Below, one piece after another: positions 8,665 to 19,179 of a stretch of 64,000 bases of DNA. The stretch is from assembly GCA_044892505.1 (NCBI GenBank), contig CM097882.1, forward strand, positions 348,378,001 through 348,442,000, given 5' to 3'. The first letter of the stretch is position 1. The number at the start of each line of letters is the position of its first letter. The stretch is from Schmidtea nova. Taxonomy: Eukaryota. Position numbers and translations under genes: made by a program. The notes beneath the pieces are model-generated. The model did no database searches, was not told where the DNA came from, and saw only the letters and a program-made list of their open reading frames with translations.

Positions 8665-9007
8665 ATAATTATATATATATATAAATATTTGCTTTTTAAA
8701 CTCTGTAAATAAAATTTAAAGTAAATATTTTGTAAAGTAATTTTTGTATTAAATATCAAATCTTTTTAATCTGATAAATTGTCTTTGAGAGTTATTAAAT
8801 TGGGAGACCAAGTATTCTGCAACGTATGTCACTTATTCTAGACTTATCAACTTCAAAATAATACAGTCGCAAAGCTGGATGACGAAATCCAAAGAACCAG
8901 AAACTTCCATTCAGATTGAACAATTATATTTTGACTGTGATTGTTTAGGCACTAATCCATGTTGATTAGATAATCTGTAAAAAAAATATGTCAAACTTGT
9001 TATATTT

Positions 9008-9013
9008 AATAAA
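9008..9013 (+). promoter_or_regulatory. AATAAA polyadenylation-like signal at the element 3' end; representative
   Basis: AATAAA 6 nt before the 3' junction in all six copies; no genomic poly(A) follows. Confidence 0.45.
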
Positions 9014-9019
9014 TGTTTA

Positions 9020-9074
9020 TTATCACGTCTGCTTTACACGCAGAAGGTCCCCGGTTCGATCCCGGGTCGAACCA
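9020..9074 (+). pseudogene. 3' remnant (nt 19-73) of tRNA-Val(TAC) after copy 1
   Basis: TTATCACG...CGAACCA; nt 10-18 missing. Confidence 0.92.
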
Positions 9075-9222
9075 AATTTTTATTGTAAATTGTTAAATCT
9101 TGTTTACTATGTTTCCATTGTTTACTAGTGTTATTTTGTGTGTGTGTGTGTTTTATTAGTAAATCAGATCAATTTATTTAGCTGAAAGTTGGTAACAAAC
9201 GAAAATTTGAAAATATTTGCAG

Positions 9223-9295
9223 GGTTCGATGGTGTAGCGGTTATCACGTCTGCTTCACACGCAGAAGGTCCCCGGTTCGATCCCGGGTCGAACCA
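9223..9295 (+). tRNA. tRNA-Val-CAC: tRNA-Val(CAC), upstream flank variant TTTGCAG
   Basis: Canonical body. Confidence 0.95.
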
Positions 9296-9592
9296 TATTT
9301 TATTAATTAGAAACTTCCTAATCTTGATTTTTTCTCAATGGAACACCTTTCTCATATATGTTACAATATTAAAAATGATTGAATAATCAGAGAAAAAAGT
9401 TAAAATTTCATTTTCATAAATGTAGTGTGTGAAAGCTTTCTATCCTTTTGCAATTTTATGATTATTTTGTGCAGTGTTGTTTATTTAAATATGTAACTGT
9501 TGAAAAAAAGAATATTGGATATGAAAATGGATAAAGTATTGCAAGTGTTGATATATATATTGTAAATTTTAACGATTGATAAATTCTTTCAA

Positions 9593-9665
9593 GGTTCGAT
9601 GGTGTAGCGGTTATCACGTCTGCTTTACACGCAGAAGGTCCCCGGTTCGATCCCGGGTCGAACCA
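9593..9665 (+). tRNA. tRNA-Val-TAC: tRNA-Val(TAC)
   Basis: Canonical copy. Confidence 0.96.
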
Positions 9666-9813
9666 AATTTTTATTGTAAATTGTTAAATCTTGTTTACTA
9701 TGTTTCCATTGTTTACTAGTGTTATTTTGTGTGTGTGTGTGTTTTATTAGTAAATCAGATCAATTTATTTAGCTGAAAGTTGGTAACAAACGAAAATTTG
9801 AAAATATTTACAG

Positions 9814-9886
9814 GGTTCGATGGTGTAGCGGTTATCACGTCTGCTTCACACGCAGAAGGTCCCCGGTTCGATCCCGGGTCGAACCA
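9814..9886 (+). tRNA. tRNA-Val-CAC: tRNA-Val(CAC)
   Basis: Canonical copy. Confidence 0.95.
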
Positions 9887-10183
9887 TATTTTATTAATTA
9901 GAAACTTCCTAATCTTGATTTTTTCTCAATGGAACACCTTTCTCATATATGTTACAATATTAAAAATGATTGAATAATCAGAGAAAAAAGTTAAAATTTC
10001 ATTTTCATAAATGTAGTGTGTGAAAGCTTTCTATCCTTTTGCAATTTTATGATTATTTTGTGCAGTGTTGTTTATTTAAATATGTAACTGTTGAAAAAAA
10101 GAATATTGGATATGAAAATGGATAAAGTATTGCAAGTGTTGATATATATATTGTAAATTTTAACGATTGATAAATTCTTTCAA

Positions 10184-10256
10184 GGTTCGATGGTGTAGCG
10201 GTTATCACGTCTGCTTTACACGCAGAAGGTCCCCGGTTCGATCCCGGGTCGAACCA
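10184..10256 (+). tRNA. tRNA-Val-TAC: tRNA-Val(TAC)
   Basis: Canonical copy. Confidence 0.96.
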
Positions 10257-10404
10257 AATTTTTATTGTAAATTGTTAAATCTTGTTTACTATGTTTCCAT
10301 TGTTTACTAGTGTTATTTTGTGTGTGTGTGTGTTTTATTAGTAAATCAGATCAATTTATTTAGCTGAAAGTTGGTAACAAACGAAAATTTGAAAATATTT
10401 ACAG

Positions 10405-10477
10405 GGTTCGATGGTGTAGCGGTTATCACGTCTGCTTCACACGCAGAAGGTCCCCGGTTCGATCCCGGGTCGAACCA
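10405..10477 (+). tRNA. tRNA-Val-CAC: tRNA-Val(CAC)
   Basis: Canonical copy. Confidence 0.95.
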
Positions 10478-10774
10478 TATTTTATTAATTAGAAACTTCC
10501 TAATCTTGATTTTTTCTCAATGGAACACCTTTCTCATATATGTTACAATATTAAAAATGATTGAATAATCAGAGAAAAAAGTTAAAATTTCATTTTCATA
10601 AATGTAGTGTGTGAAAGCTTTCTATCCTTTTGCAATTTTATGATTATTTTGTGCAGTGTTGTTTATTTAAATATGTAACTGTTGAAAAAAAGAATATTGG
10701 ATATGAAAATGGATAAAGTATTGCAAGTGTTGATATATATATTGTAAATTTTAACGATTGATAAATTCTTTCAA

Positions 10775-10847
10775 GGTTCGATGGTGTAGCGGTTATCACG
10801 TCTGCTTTACACGCAGAAGGTCCCCGGTTCGATCCCGGGTCGAACCA
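10775..10847 (+). tRNA. tRNA-Val-TAC: tRNA-Val(TAC)
   Basis: Canonical copy. Confidence 0.96.
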
Positions 10848-10995
10848 AATTTTTATTGTAAATTGTTAAATCTTGTTTACTATGTTTCCATTGTTTACTA
10901 GTGTTATTTTGTGTGTGTGTGTGTTTTATTAGTAAATCAGATCAATTTATTTAGCTGAAAGTTGGTAACAAACGAAAATTTGAAAATATTTACAG

Positions 10996-11068
10996 GGTTC
11001 GATGGTGTAGCGGTTATCACGTCTGCTTCACACGCAGAAGGTCCCCGGTTCGATCCCGGGTCGAACCA
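10996..11068 (+). tRNA. tRNA-Val-CAC: tRNA-Val(CAC)
   Basis: Canonical copy. Confidence 0.95.
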
Positions 11069-11365
11069 TATTTTATTAATTAGAAACTTCCTAATCTTGA
11101 TTTTTTCTCAATGGAACACCTTTCTCATATATGTTACAATATTAAAAATGATTGAATAATCAGAGAAAAAAGTTAAAATTTCATTTTCATAAATGTAGTG
11201 TGTGAAAGCTTTCTATCCTTTTGCAATTTTATGATTATTTTGTGCAGTGTTGTTTATTTAAATATGTAACTGTTGAAAAAAAGAATATTGGATATGAAAA
11301 TGGATAAAGTATTGCAAGTGTTGATATATATATTGTAAATTTTAACGATTGATAAATTCTTTCAA

Positions 11366-11374
11366 GGTTCGATG
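11366..11374 (+). pseudogene. 5' stub of tRNA-Val disrupted by copy 2
   Basis: GGTTCGATG|ACTC. Confidence 0.9.
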
Positions 11375-14005
11375 ACTCAATCACCTGCTGCTCAGTCAAC
11401 TGCTGCTGATGTAATGACTCAGTCTATTGCAAATCAGTCAACTGTGACGAAGCAATATGAATTAGAAAACATTCTCAAATATCAAATTTCCAGTTTGCAA
11501 TGTTTTCAATCGATTTTAGATTATTTTTCTCAACTAAATGGTGGAAATCTCGCTACTGCCTCAGTTCTATCTGATGCGAATGCAAGTCAACGGAGTTCTT
11601 TCGATCAAGGATCTAAAATTTCTCCAAACCAATCTGATAATATGCCACTTTCTTATGCTGATATTGAGACTAAATTCACTAAATCAAAGGATTTACTGAT
11701 TGTCAAGCGCCTGGATTCATTGGAGTCTCAATTTATGAATATGGCTGAAAAGTTAGATTATTTGGTTTCTTTTTTTAATGGCTCTGTTGATGATTTATCA
11801 GATTTTCCTAAAGTAAATGAAAATAATTTAAATAATAATCCTTTTAATAAAAATAAAGTTTTTGATATCAAAGATAAATTAATTGTAAATAATGTAGTTT
11901 TAGATAAATCAAATATTTCAGAATTTATTGAAAATAATATTGCTAAAATTCCTAATAGTTTAATTGATGTAAATAATAAAATGTGTAATTCAAATAATAA
12001 ATTTCTAAATAACCCTAATAAAGAGAATGTTAAACATTTTAATAATCCCAAAGATACATCTTCAATTGATTTGACTAACGATAAAATTATGCCAAATGAA
12101 AACATAGAAATAATTATTAAAAATAATAAAAAATCTGTTAAAATTATAGAACCTTATAAAACAACTAAAGAGAAGTATGATAAATTTGAATTTAAAAGTC
12201 TGGTTCGTATTTTAACGAAAAGGGAACGCCAGAAAATCTTGAATGCCTTCCCTGCTTTAATACAACTAATTAAAAAGAAAGAATCACAGAGTAAATATTT
12301 TGAAATTAATAAATTTCTTTCGAGCAAAGATTTTAATGTGAATCACTTGAATTTAAATAATTTTGATTATTTTTTCTATAGAAATTGTAATCTTTGTGTA
12401 TCTTTAAAATTGAACAACGCTCCTGTCATTTTATCAGCACCAAAACCTGTTGTTTTAAAAACTATTAAATTAATTGACCATAATATCGTCAAAATAAATT
12501 CTGAAATCCCTGACTTTGTTCGAGCTCCAATGTCAATTCGAAGATTTTTATTCAATCTTTCGCACGATCTTTCAAACACTGTTTCCATCAAGGATGAGAA
12601 ACACAGGGGAAATAAAATAAATAACATTCTTACTTCAATGAAACATAAACAACAATTACCAGATTATTTAATAAAATCAAACATTAAATACGAAAATGGT
12701 GAGTTCTTATTATTAGATTTGACTAACGATAAAATCAAATTGAACGACGATAATAACTTGATAAAATCAAATTTTTCTGAACTTACTAGAAGTCAGATTA
12801 AAAATCTTTACTATTCTTATCCTTCTCTTAAGGAAGTTTGTTTCGTTGAAAATCTTGAAACAAGATCATCATCCGTTAGTAAAATTATCGAATCTTTAAA
12901 GTTAATTAATGAATTTCCAAAAAATATCATTTTTAAAGAGGGTAAATTTTATCAGTCTGATAAAAGAACAATCTCACCTAGTAGTTCTCCTGACATAATG
13001 TTCAACCTTGGTCTTTTTAATTTGGCTAGTATGAGTAGAAAAGATTGTGAATTAAAATCCATTTTAGAGAAGACTGGTTGTGACTTTAAAATAGTTGAAA
13101 TAATATTCTACCTCAACTATTTAGGCTTGACTCAATCTTTAGAATTTTGCAAAAATCAAACTTATTCTGATTATGTGAGGAATTACGTCTGTAATTGCTG
13201 CTTGATAAACTCACTCTGTAGTATTGCTGATGTTGATTCGCTTTCATCTGAAGATTTTGAGGGTTGGGCGACCGAAATTGTTCAGAAAATCCCAGTTTCT
13301 TCCTATTACTTCAATAGCTGCCAGGAAAAGCTTTTAAAGCTGAAGCAATGGGACATTTCAACTAAAATCAAAAGAATCCATAACGTTATTTCACCTGAAA
13401 TAATATCTTATTTAAATAACTTTCTTGACTCTGTAGACGTAAAATTTCCATCTAAGTCTCAACAACATAATATTCTAATTAAATTAATGAAAGCTATCAA
13501 TGACATTAAAATTTTTGATGACATACACGGAAATAAAGCAAAAAGACTTGTTTACTTTTTGCTAAGAGATGCCAAGAAATATTTGAATAAAAATCAACGA
13601 TTCAGATTATTTGAATCGAGCAATAAATATTGCACTTCAGAGATGGAGAATATAATTTCAGTAATAATTGAGAACCTTACCAAAGTTACTGACCATGAAG
13701 TTACTACTCCTGAAATCACAGTTGAAGAAACGCCAATTGAAATAACTTGTGATCCTGAACCTATCGTCTTGATTAAGGAAATAAACTGTTTAAAATGTAA
13801 CAATATCATCGAAAAATGCATTCTTGTTAGAGATGGAACAAACGTCAACATCTGTGAAAGCTGTCTATTTGACGCAATTACCTTTGAAAAGCCGATTCCT
13901 GAAGCTACTAATTCGGATACCGAAGAAAATATGGAAACAAATAGTAAGAAATCTTGTCCAAGACCTAGAAAAACAGACAAGAAAACATCAACCAAAGCGA
14001 AATGA
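11372..14005 (+). CDS. ORF1 of copy 2 (877 aa)
   Basis: Intact, near-identical to copy 1. Confidence 0.88.
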   Translation: MTQSPAAQSTAADVMTQSIANQSTVTKQYELENILKYQISSLQCFQSILDYFSQLNGGNLATASVLSDANASQRSSFDQGSKISPNQSDNMPLSYADIETKFTKSKDLLIVKRLDSLESQFMNMAEKLDYLVSFFNGSVDDLSDFPKVNENNLNNNPFNKNKVFDIKDKLIVNNVVLDKSNISEFIENNIAKIPNSLIDVNNKMCNSNNKFLNNPNKENVKHFNNPKDTSSIDLTNDKIMPNENIEIIIKNNKKSVKIIEPYKTTKEKYDKFEFKSLVRILTKRERQKILNAFPALIQLIKKKESQSKYFEINKFLSSKDFNVNHLNLNNFDYFFYRNCNLCVSLKLNNAPVILSAPKPVVLKTIKLIDHNIVKINSEIPDFVRAPMSIRRFLFNLSHDLSNTVSIKDEKHRGNKINNILTSMKHKQQLPDYLIKSNIKYENGEFLLLDLTNDKIKLNDDNNLIKSNFSELTRSQIKNLYYSYPSLKEVCFVENLETRSSSVSKIIESLKLINEFPKNIIFKEGKFYQSDKRTISPSSSPDIMFNLGLFNLASMSRKDCELKSILEKTGCDFKIVEIIFYLNYLGLTQSLEFCKNQTYSDYVRNYVCNCCLINSLCSIADVDSLSSEDFEGWATEIVQKIPVSSYYFNSCQEKLLKLKQWDISTKIKRIHNVISPEIISYLNNFLDSVDVKFPSKSQQHNILIKLMKAINDIKIFDDIHGNKAKRLVYFLLRDAKKYLNKNQRFRLFESSNKYCTSEMENIISVIIENLTKVTDHEVTTPEITVEETPIEITCDPEPIVLIKEINCLKCNNIIEKCILVRDGTNVNICESCLFDAITFEKPIPEATNSDTEENMETNSKKSCPRPRKTDKKTSTKAK

Positions 14006-17000
14006 AGATGTGTGCCTGCATCAGCTCAATCGTCTGCCATTCCCTCTAATGAGACTGATGCAGAGAGCACAACTAAAAATAATATTTCAACTATCGACAA
14101 TCGTGATCCTGAAGTGTGGTTTTCTGATAATGATATTGATTGGTATCTTGAAAACCACATTGATAATCCAATGCATGGATATATTAAATGCTTTATAGTA
14201 AATATCATCTGTTCTAACATCACAGAAGATATTGTTGAAATTCCACCATCTATTAGCAATGCTGAAATTGTATTTTGTCCACTCAACATTAACAATTCGC
14301 ACTGGATTCTTTTTGTTTATAGTAAGAAAATGTTATCTTCTTACTTTATTGACCCAATCCTTGCAAACAGACAAAAGCCAATCAATAAACAAATGGCTCA
14401 GAGAATTAACCTAAAACTGAATAGATTTTTTAATCTAAATATATCTGTGTCCCGACATCCACACAAACATCTTGAATATCAAAATAACAGCTTTGATTGT
14501 GGCCCATTTACGTGTGCTTATGCTGTGATTATCAGTAAAGATTTGAACAGCTTTCCAAATGGGTTCATAGAGAAAATTCGTACCAGTGTGCATGAAAATC
14601 AAAATCGTATGCAAATAACCGAATCCACCTTATTCGCTGGTACTAACTCCAAGATGGACATGACCAAAATAAATATCAAGAAAGCCCTTGCAAAAAAGAA
14701 AGTCATCACCAACACCTCAGATATGACCAAAGTATTGAACACTCAAAAACCGTGTGTGTCATCAATAATTAGTAAATATTACGAAAGTAATTCTAAAATA
14801 ACAGTCTTATCTGCCGAACTAACTTTAAACCTAATTGCACAAAATACCTCCTTCATAGCTGATAATGTCACTTTCAAGCAGTTCAAAGGAATCGATCATG
14901 TTATAAGTATCATTCCTAAATTTAACGATTGGTGTCTCTTTGTCTATTCGAATAAACTTGACAGGAGCTACATGTTCGACTTCAATTATCGAAACATTGA
15001 TGAAAGGCTAATTGAAATTGGTGAAAAGATAACTGAATATCTGAATCAATTCACTCTTGTTTCTAAAATAAAATTCACACCTCATCATAGAATTTCTCAT
15101 CCAACATTTCATTCTTACGATGATCAATATTTTGCAAGTTCTTTTATTGTATTTTTTGAGAAACTTGTCTTTGAAAGAATACTGGACAATGATAAGGTTT
15201 ATGACTCATTAAGTGCTCTAAAATATCAGTCTTGTAAAGATCTTTCTCCTAGCCTAAGTTTCATTAATGGTAAAATATCCGACAAAATTATTGAGGAATA
15301 TTTTGCTAGCCTAAACTTATCGACCAAATATATTCTTCTAAACACAACAATGTGTACTGCGCTTTCAGATGATTGCACTGAATACTTGAAAGACTTTGTA
15401 AACATTGAGTGCATGATGAAGGCTACTATAATCTTTGTAATCATTTCTCCTCCAAGAGCCAACGACTTGCTCATGGTTATTGATTACGACGCTGATGAGC
15501 ACTATTTATTAAGCCCAGTCACTAATGACTTGTTCGTTATGACTGAAGGATTCTGCTATAAATTACTAATTAAAATTAATGAGATTAGAGAGAGCACAGG
15601 ACGTTCCTTGAAATCGCGTAATTGTCGACATGACGTTAAAGGTTCTGGCTTATTTAGTAGGTTATTAATCTGTGCCTTTATTAAATATTATGCATTTGAC
15701 CGATCTCTAGAAAATATCAATCTTCATGAAATTGGCAAAATTATCTACTCACTTGTGCCATTAGTTGATAAAAATGATAATGCTGAGGAAGAAAGACGAC
15801 TAAAATCAAAAGCTGTAAACTCTTTAAAACTAAATTTAAAACAGCGAATAGAAAAAGCCAATAATCTTATAATTTCACTTGAACACGCCAGTATTGATGA
15901 AATCATAAGTGGCATTCTTTCAAATATTCCTCGTCTTAAAGATTTGAACACCGATCACATTCGTACACCATATTTAGGTACTAAAATAGAAAAAGCTAGA
16001 AAATTCAAAAATTCCACTGAGTTTCTGTCAAACATGAAAAAGACTGTGTATAGGATTTTGGGTAACAACACAGAATCAATTGCACCTCCTTATCAGGAAA
16101 TTATTGACACTTTCAGTCATCCTGATACATTACCTAGAAATTGGGAAAACATCTTAAAATTCACTAAGAGTTCTAAATATAGTCTTGAATTAAATCCAAT
16201 GACACCTAAAGAAATCCTTTCAAGTCTTTGCAAAGCTGACAACACTTCTCCAGGTCTTGATAATGTTTGTTATAAAGATCTTTTGTTATTAGACCCTGAA
16301 TGTAAATTGCTAGCTTTTCTGTACAATAAAATCCTAAAATTAGACATTATTCCTACAAGTTGGAAATCATTTAAAACCATACTAATCCCCAAACCAGATA
16401 AAAATGGCCAATATCATAAAATATATTCTTGGCGACCAATTGCCTTATTATCTGTCATTTACAAAGTCTTCGCTTCAGTTTTGGCAAATCGTCTAAGCTT
16501 ATGGATAAGAAATAATTCCATGTTACACATTGGCCAAAAGGGTGGTTCGGAGTACGAAGGATGTATTGAACACAACTCTATTCTTTCTGCTATCGTCGAA
16601 CATTCAAAATACAGCAAGTCTTCACCTTTAACGATAGCTTGGCTAGACATCAAAGATGCCTTCGGAAGTGTTCCACATGACTACATGTGGACACTGTTAA
16701 AACACATAAATGTTAGTGATAGGTTTGTAGGAATTTTAAAACTGCTCTATACTGATACAAGCTCGTTTTATTGTTGCAATAAAATGCAGACACCGGATAT
16801 TCCAATAAAGAAAGGAGTTAAACAAGGTTGTCCGATCTCAATGATATTGTTTGCAATAGCTATTAACCCAGTACTTGAGTCTATTAATCTATCAAACGTC
16901 AATCCTTTTACGATTGGAACATCTCCGGTACAGGTTTTGGCTTATGCGGATGATATCGCACTTATCGCGACAAATACCTCTGATCTGCAAATACTCATAA

Positions 17001-18976
17001 ACGTTGCTGTAAACACCGCTAAAACAATTGGATTTGAATATCGTCCAGAAAAGTGCGCTTATATGCAATACCCTAAAATAGAAACTGTAAGCGAGATTTC
17101 TGTCAACAACGTTCTTATAAAAAAGATTGCAACAAATGAATTTTACCAATACTTGGGAGTACCAATAGGTGACAATAATGATCAAAGTCCCTATGAAATT
17201 CTAAGCAAAGTAATTGAAGACACAAAGAAAATAGCAAATTCTGATCTTTACGGCTGGCAAAAACTTAAAGCGTATAAGGTCTTTCTGCATTCTCGCTTGA
17301 TTTTTCCATTTAGAACTAGGGAAATCAAAACAAGTTCTTTAGCTGATTCGAGTAAAAATTCAAAATTAAATGTAAATAATACGAGTATTTTGAGGAGTCA
17401 TCTTAGAAAAATATTGCACTTGCCACACTACTCTGAGATTAGCTATTTTTATAATTCTACTGAAAACGGCGGTGCAGGCTGCATAGACTTACTTGACGAG
17501 TATCATACACAGACAATCGTGTACTTTTTCCGTTTGTTAACATCAACGTGCGAATATTCGAAAAAGATAAATACAGACTCGCTTTTATTTGTCACAAGTC
17601 CGAGACTCGGAATCAAAAATCCAGTTCTTAAACAAAGTTTAGAATGGATAAATGGAAAAGACAGCAAGAAAAACAACAGTGGTTGCAAAACTCGATTTTA
17701 TCGGTTGCGATCATCCATTGCTTACTTTTCTAAAGTTCACAACATTAAATTGTTATTTGAAACAGTGAAAGGGAATCCTTCTATCCGGATAACCACTACA
17801 CTTAAGGGAACACGTATATTATTACCAACATTAAGAAAAGCCTTGTCAATGATTTTACATTCAGCTCTCCAGGATTCGTATCTCGAGAAATGGGAGAATA
17901 GCAATCATAATAATCTGCTTGTATCTGCGATTAAACTCTGTCCACTGGTCAACAGGCTTATTTTCCGCAGTGATTTGACAGAATTTGAATGGAGATTCGT
18001 CCATCGAGCAAGAACGAATACATTATCAATATTTGCGAAGCCATATAAAACTGGCGAAAATCGTCTTTGTCGTAGATGTAAGCTTGAAGACGAGACTTTA
18101 TCACACGTTCTTCAAACTTGTAAAATGAACAAATCTTGGGCAACTAGTCGACATAACGCTTGCTTAGAAAAAATAAAAAGCGAGTTGAAAGATCCAAACT
18201 TGTTAGTTGTTGCGGATCATAAATGTTCCCTAGTACCGACATCAACTGAACGCGTTGATTTAATAATAACCAATAATGATAAAAAGACCATATTATTGGT
18301 AGACATGAAATGCCCAATCGATTCGGTGCCCAACTTTGATTTGGCTGATAAAAAAAACATAGAAAAGTATGATAAACTAAAATCAGAAATTAAAATAGCC
18401 AAACCCGATTATAAAGTTGAGTTGTTTACCTGCATCATAGGCTCATTAGGATCCATTGAAATTAAAACACCTGATCTTTTAGTAAAAATGGGAGTAAAAG
18501 AAAATAAAGTAAAACGTCTGATGAAAGAGTGTGCAATTAGCAATATTGCGCACTCGGCCAAAATTTGGTACTTTCATACCAATGGCTTTCTTCCAGATAA
18601 TATAAGACAAACTTGTAAATAAATAATTATATATATATATAAATATTTGCTTTTTAAACTCTGTAAATAAAATTTAAGGTAAATATTTTGTAAAGTAATT
18701 TTTGTATTAAATATCCAATCTTTTTAATCTGATAAATTGTCTTTGAGAGTTATTAAATTGGGAGACCAAGTATTCTGCGACGTATGTCACTTATTCTAGA
18801 ATTATCAACTTCAAAAGAATACAGTCGCAAAGCTGGATGACGAAATCCAAAGAACCAGAAACTTCCATTCAGATTGAACAATTATATTTTGACTGTGATT
18901 GTTTAGGGACTAATCCATGTTGATTAGATAATCTGTAAAAAAATATGTCAAACTTGTTATATTTAATAAATGTTTA
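11375..18976 (+). mobile_element. RLE non-LTR retrotransposon copy 2, 7602 bp, in tRNA-Val(TAC)
   Basis: Same junctions as copy 1; most divergent copy in 3' ORF2 and 3' UTR. Confidence 0.95.
14012..18622 (+). CDS. ORF2 of copy 2 (protease-RT-RLE, 1536 aa)
   Basis: Same motifs as copy 1; intact. Confidence 0.95.
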   Translation: MPASAQSSAIPSNETDAESTTKNNISTIDNRDPEVWFSDNDIDWYLENHIDNPMHGYIKCFIVNIICSNITEDIVEIPPSISNAEIVFCPLNINNSHWILFVYSKKMLSSYFIDPILANRQKPINKQMAQRINLKLNRFFNLNISVSRHPHKHLEYQNNSFDCGPFTCAYAVIISKDLNSFPNGFIEKIRTSVHENQNRMQITESTLFAGTNSKMDMTKINIKKALAKKKVITNTSDMTKVLNTQKPCVSSIISKYYESNSKITVLSAELTLNLIAQNTSFIADNVTFKQFKGIDHVISIIPKFNDWCLFVYSNKLDRSYMFDFNYRNIDERLIEIGEKITEYLNQFTLVSKIKFTPHHRISHPTFHSYDDQYFASSFIVFFEKLVFERILDNDKVYDSLSALKYQSCKDLSPSLSFINGKISDKIIEEYFASLNLSTKYILLNTTMCTALSDDCTEYLKDFVNIECMMKATIIFVIISPPRANDLLMVIDYDADEHYLLSPVTNDLFVMTEGFCYKLLIKINEIRESTGRSLKSRNCRHDVKGSGLFSRLLICAFIKYYAFDRSLENINLHEIGKIIYSLVPLVDKNDNAEEERRLKSKAVNSLKLNLKQRIEKANNLIISLEHASIDEIISGILSNIPRLKDLNTDHIRTPYLGTKIEKARKFKNSTEFLSNMKKTVYRILGNNTESIAPPYQEIIDTFSHPDTLPRNWENILKFTKSSKYSLELNPMTPKEILSSLCKADNTSPGLDNVCYKDLLLLDPECKLLAFLYNKILKLDIIPTSWKSFKTILIPKPDKNGQYHKIYSWRPIALLSVIYKVFASVLANRLSLWIRNNSMLHIGQKGGSEYEGCIEHNSILSAIVEHSKYSKSSPLTIAWLDIKDAFGSVPHDYMWTLLKHINVSDRFVGILKLLYTDTSSFYCCNKMQTPDIPIKKGVKQGCPISMILFAIAINPVLESINLSNVNPFTIGTSPVQVLAYADDIALIATNTSDLQILINVAVNTAKTIGFEYRPEKCAYMQYPKIETVSEISVNNVLIKKIATNEFYQYLGVPIGDNNDQSPYEILSKVIEDTKKIANSDLYGWQKLKAYKVFLHSRLIFPFRTREIKTSSLADSSKNSKLNVNNTSILRSHLRKILHLPHYSEISYFYNSTENGGAGCIDLLDEYHTQTIVYFFRLLTSTCEYSKKINTDSLLFVTSPRLGIKNPVLKQSLEWINGKDSKKNNSGCKTRFYRLRSSIAYFSKVHNIKLLFETVKGNPSIRITTTLKGTRILLPTLRKALSMILHSALQDSYLEKWENSNHNNLLVSAIKLCPLVNRLIFRSDLTEFEWRFVHRARTNTLSIFAKPYKTGENRLCRRCKLEDETLSHVLQTCKMNKSWATSRHNACLEKIKSELKDPNLLVVADHKCSLVPTSTERVDLIITNNDKKTILLVDMKCPIDSVPNFDLADKKNIEKYDKLKSEIKIAKPDYKVELFTCIIGSLGSIEIKTPDLLVKMGVKENKVKRLMKECAISNIAHSAKIWYFHTNGFLPDNIRQTCK

Positions 18977-19031
18977 TTATCACGTCTGCTTTACACGCAG
19001 AAGGTCCCCGGTTCGATCCCGGGTCGAACCA
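18977..19031 (+). pseudogene. 3' remnant of tRNA-Val(TAC) after copy 2
   Basis: nt 19-73. Confidence 0.92.
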
Positions 19032-19179
19032 AATTTTTATTGTAAATTGTTAAATCTTGTTTACTATGTTTCCATTGTTTACTAGTGTTATTTTGTGTGT
19101 GTGTGTGTTTTATTAGTAAATCAGATCAATTTATTTAGCTGAAAGTTGGTAACAAACGAAAATTTGAAAATATTTACAG

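Larger units (their letters stand above)
1417..9019 (+). mobile_element. Site-specific RLE non-LTR retrotransposon (NeSL-like), copy 1, 7603 bp, inserted in tRNA-Val(TAC)
   Basis: 5' junction GGTTCGATG|ACTCAA; 3' junction AATAAATGTTTA|TTATCACG; ORF1 plus protease-RT-CCHC-RLE ORF2; five other near-identical copies share the same junction sequences. Confidence 0.95.
9020..11374 (+). repeat. tRNA-Val array block (4 units)
   Basis: 591-bp periodicity. Confidence 0.97.

Noticed and set aside
8874-8905. Hammerhead ribozyme-like motif (CTGGATGA...GAAAC)
   Set aside because: The core is not CUGANGA, and no stem II or stems I/III can be formed.
8875-8915. SECIS element that would recode the in-frame UGA as selenocysteine (AUGAC...AA...AGAU in the 3' UTR)
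   Set aside because: The arms that would form helix 2 do not pair beyond about 3 bp and the lower helix is absent. A SECISearch run would settle it.
1417-9019. Group II intron, retron, LTR element or APE-type (L1/Tx1, Dictyostelium TRE) tRNA-associated element
   Set aside because: No intron domain V, LTRs, integrase or N-terminal APE domain. The C-terminal CCHC plus PD-(D/E)xK motifs indicate the RLE class.
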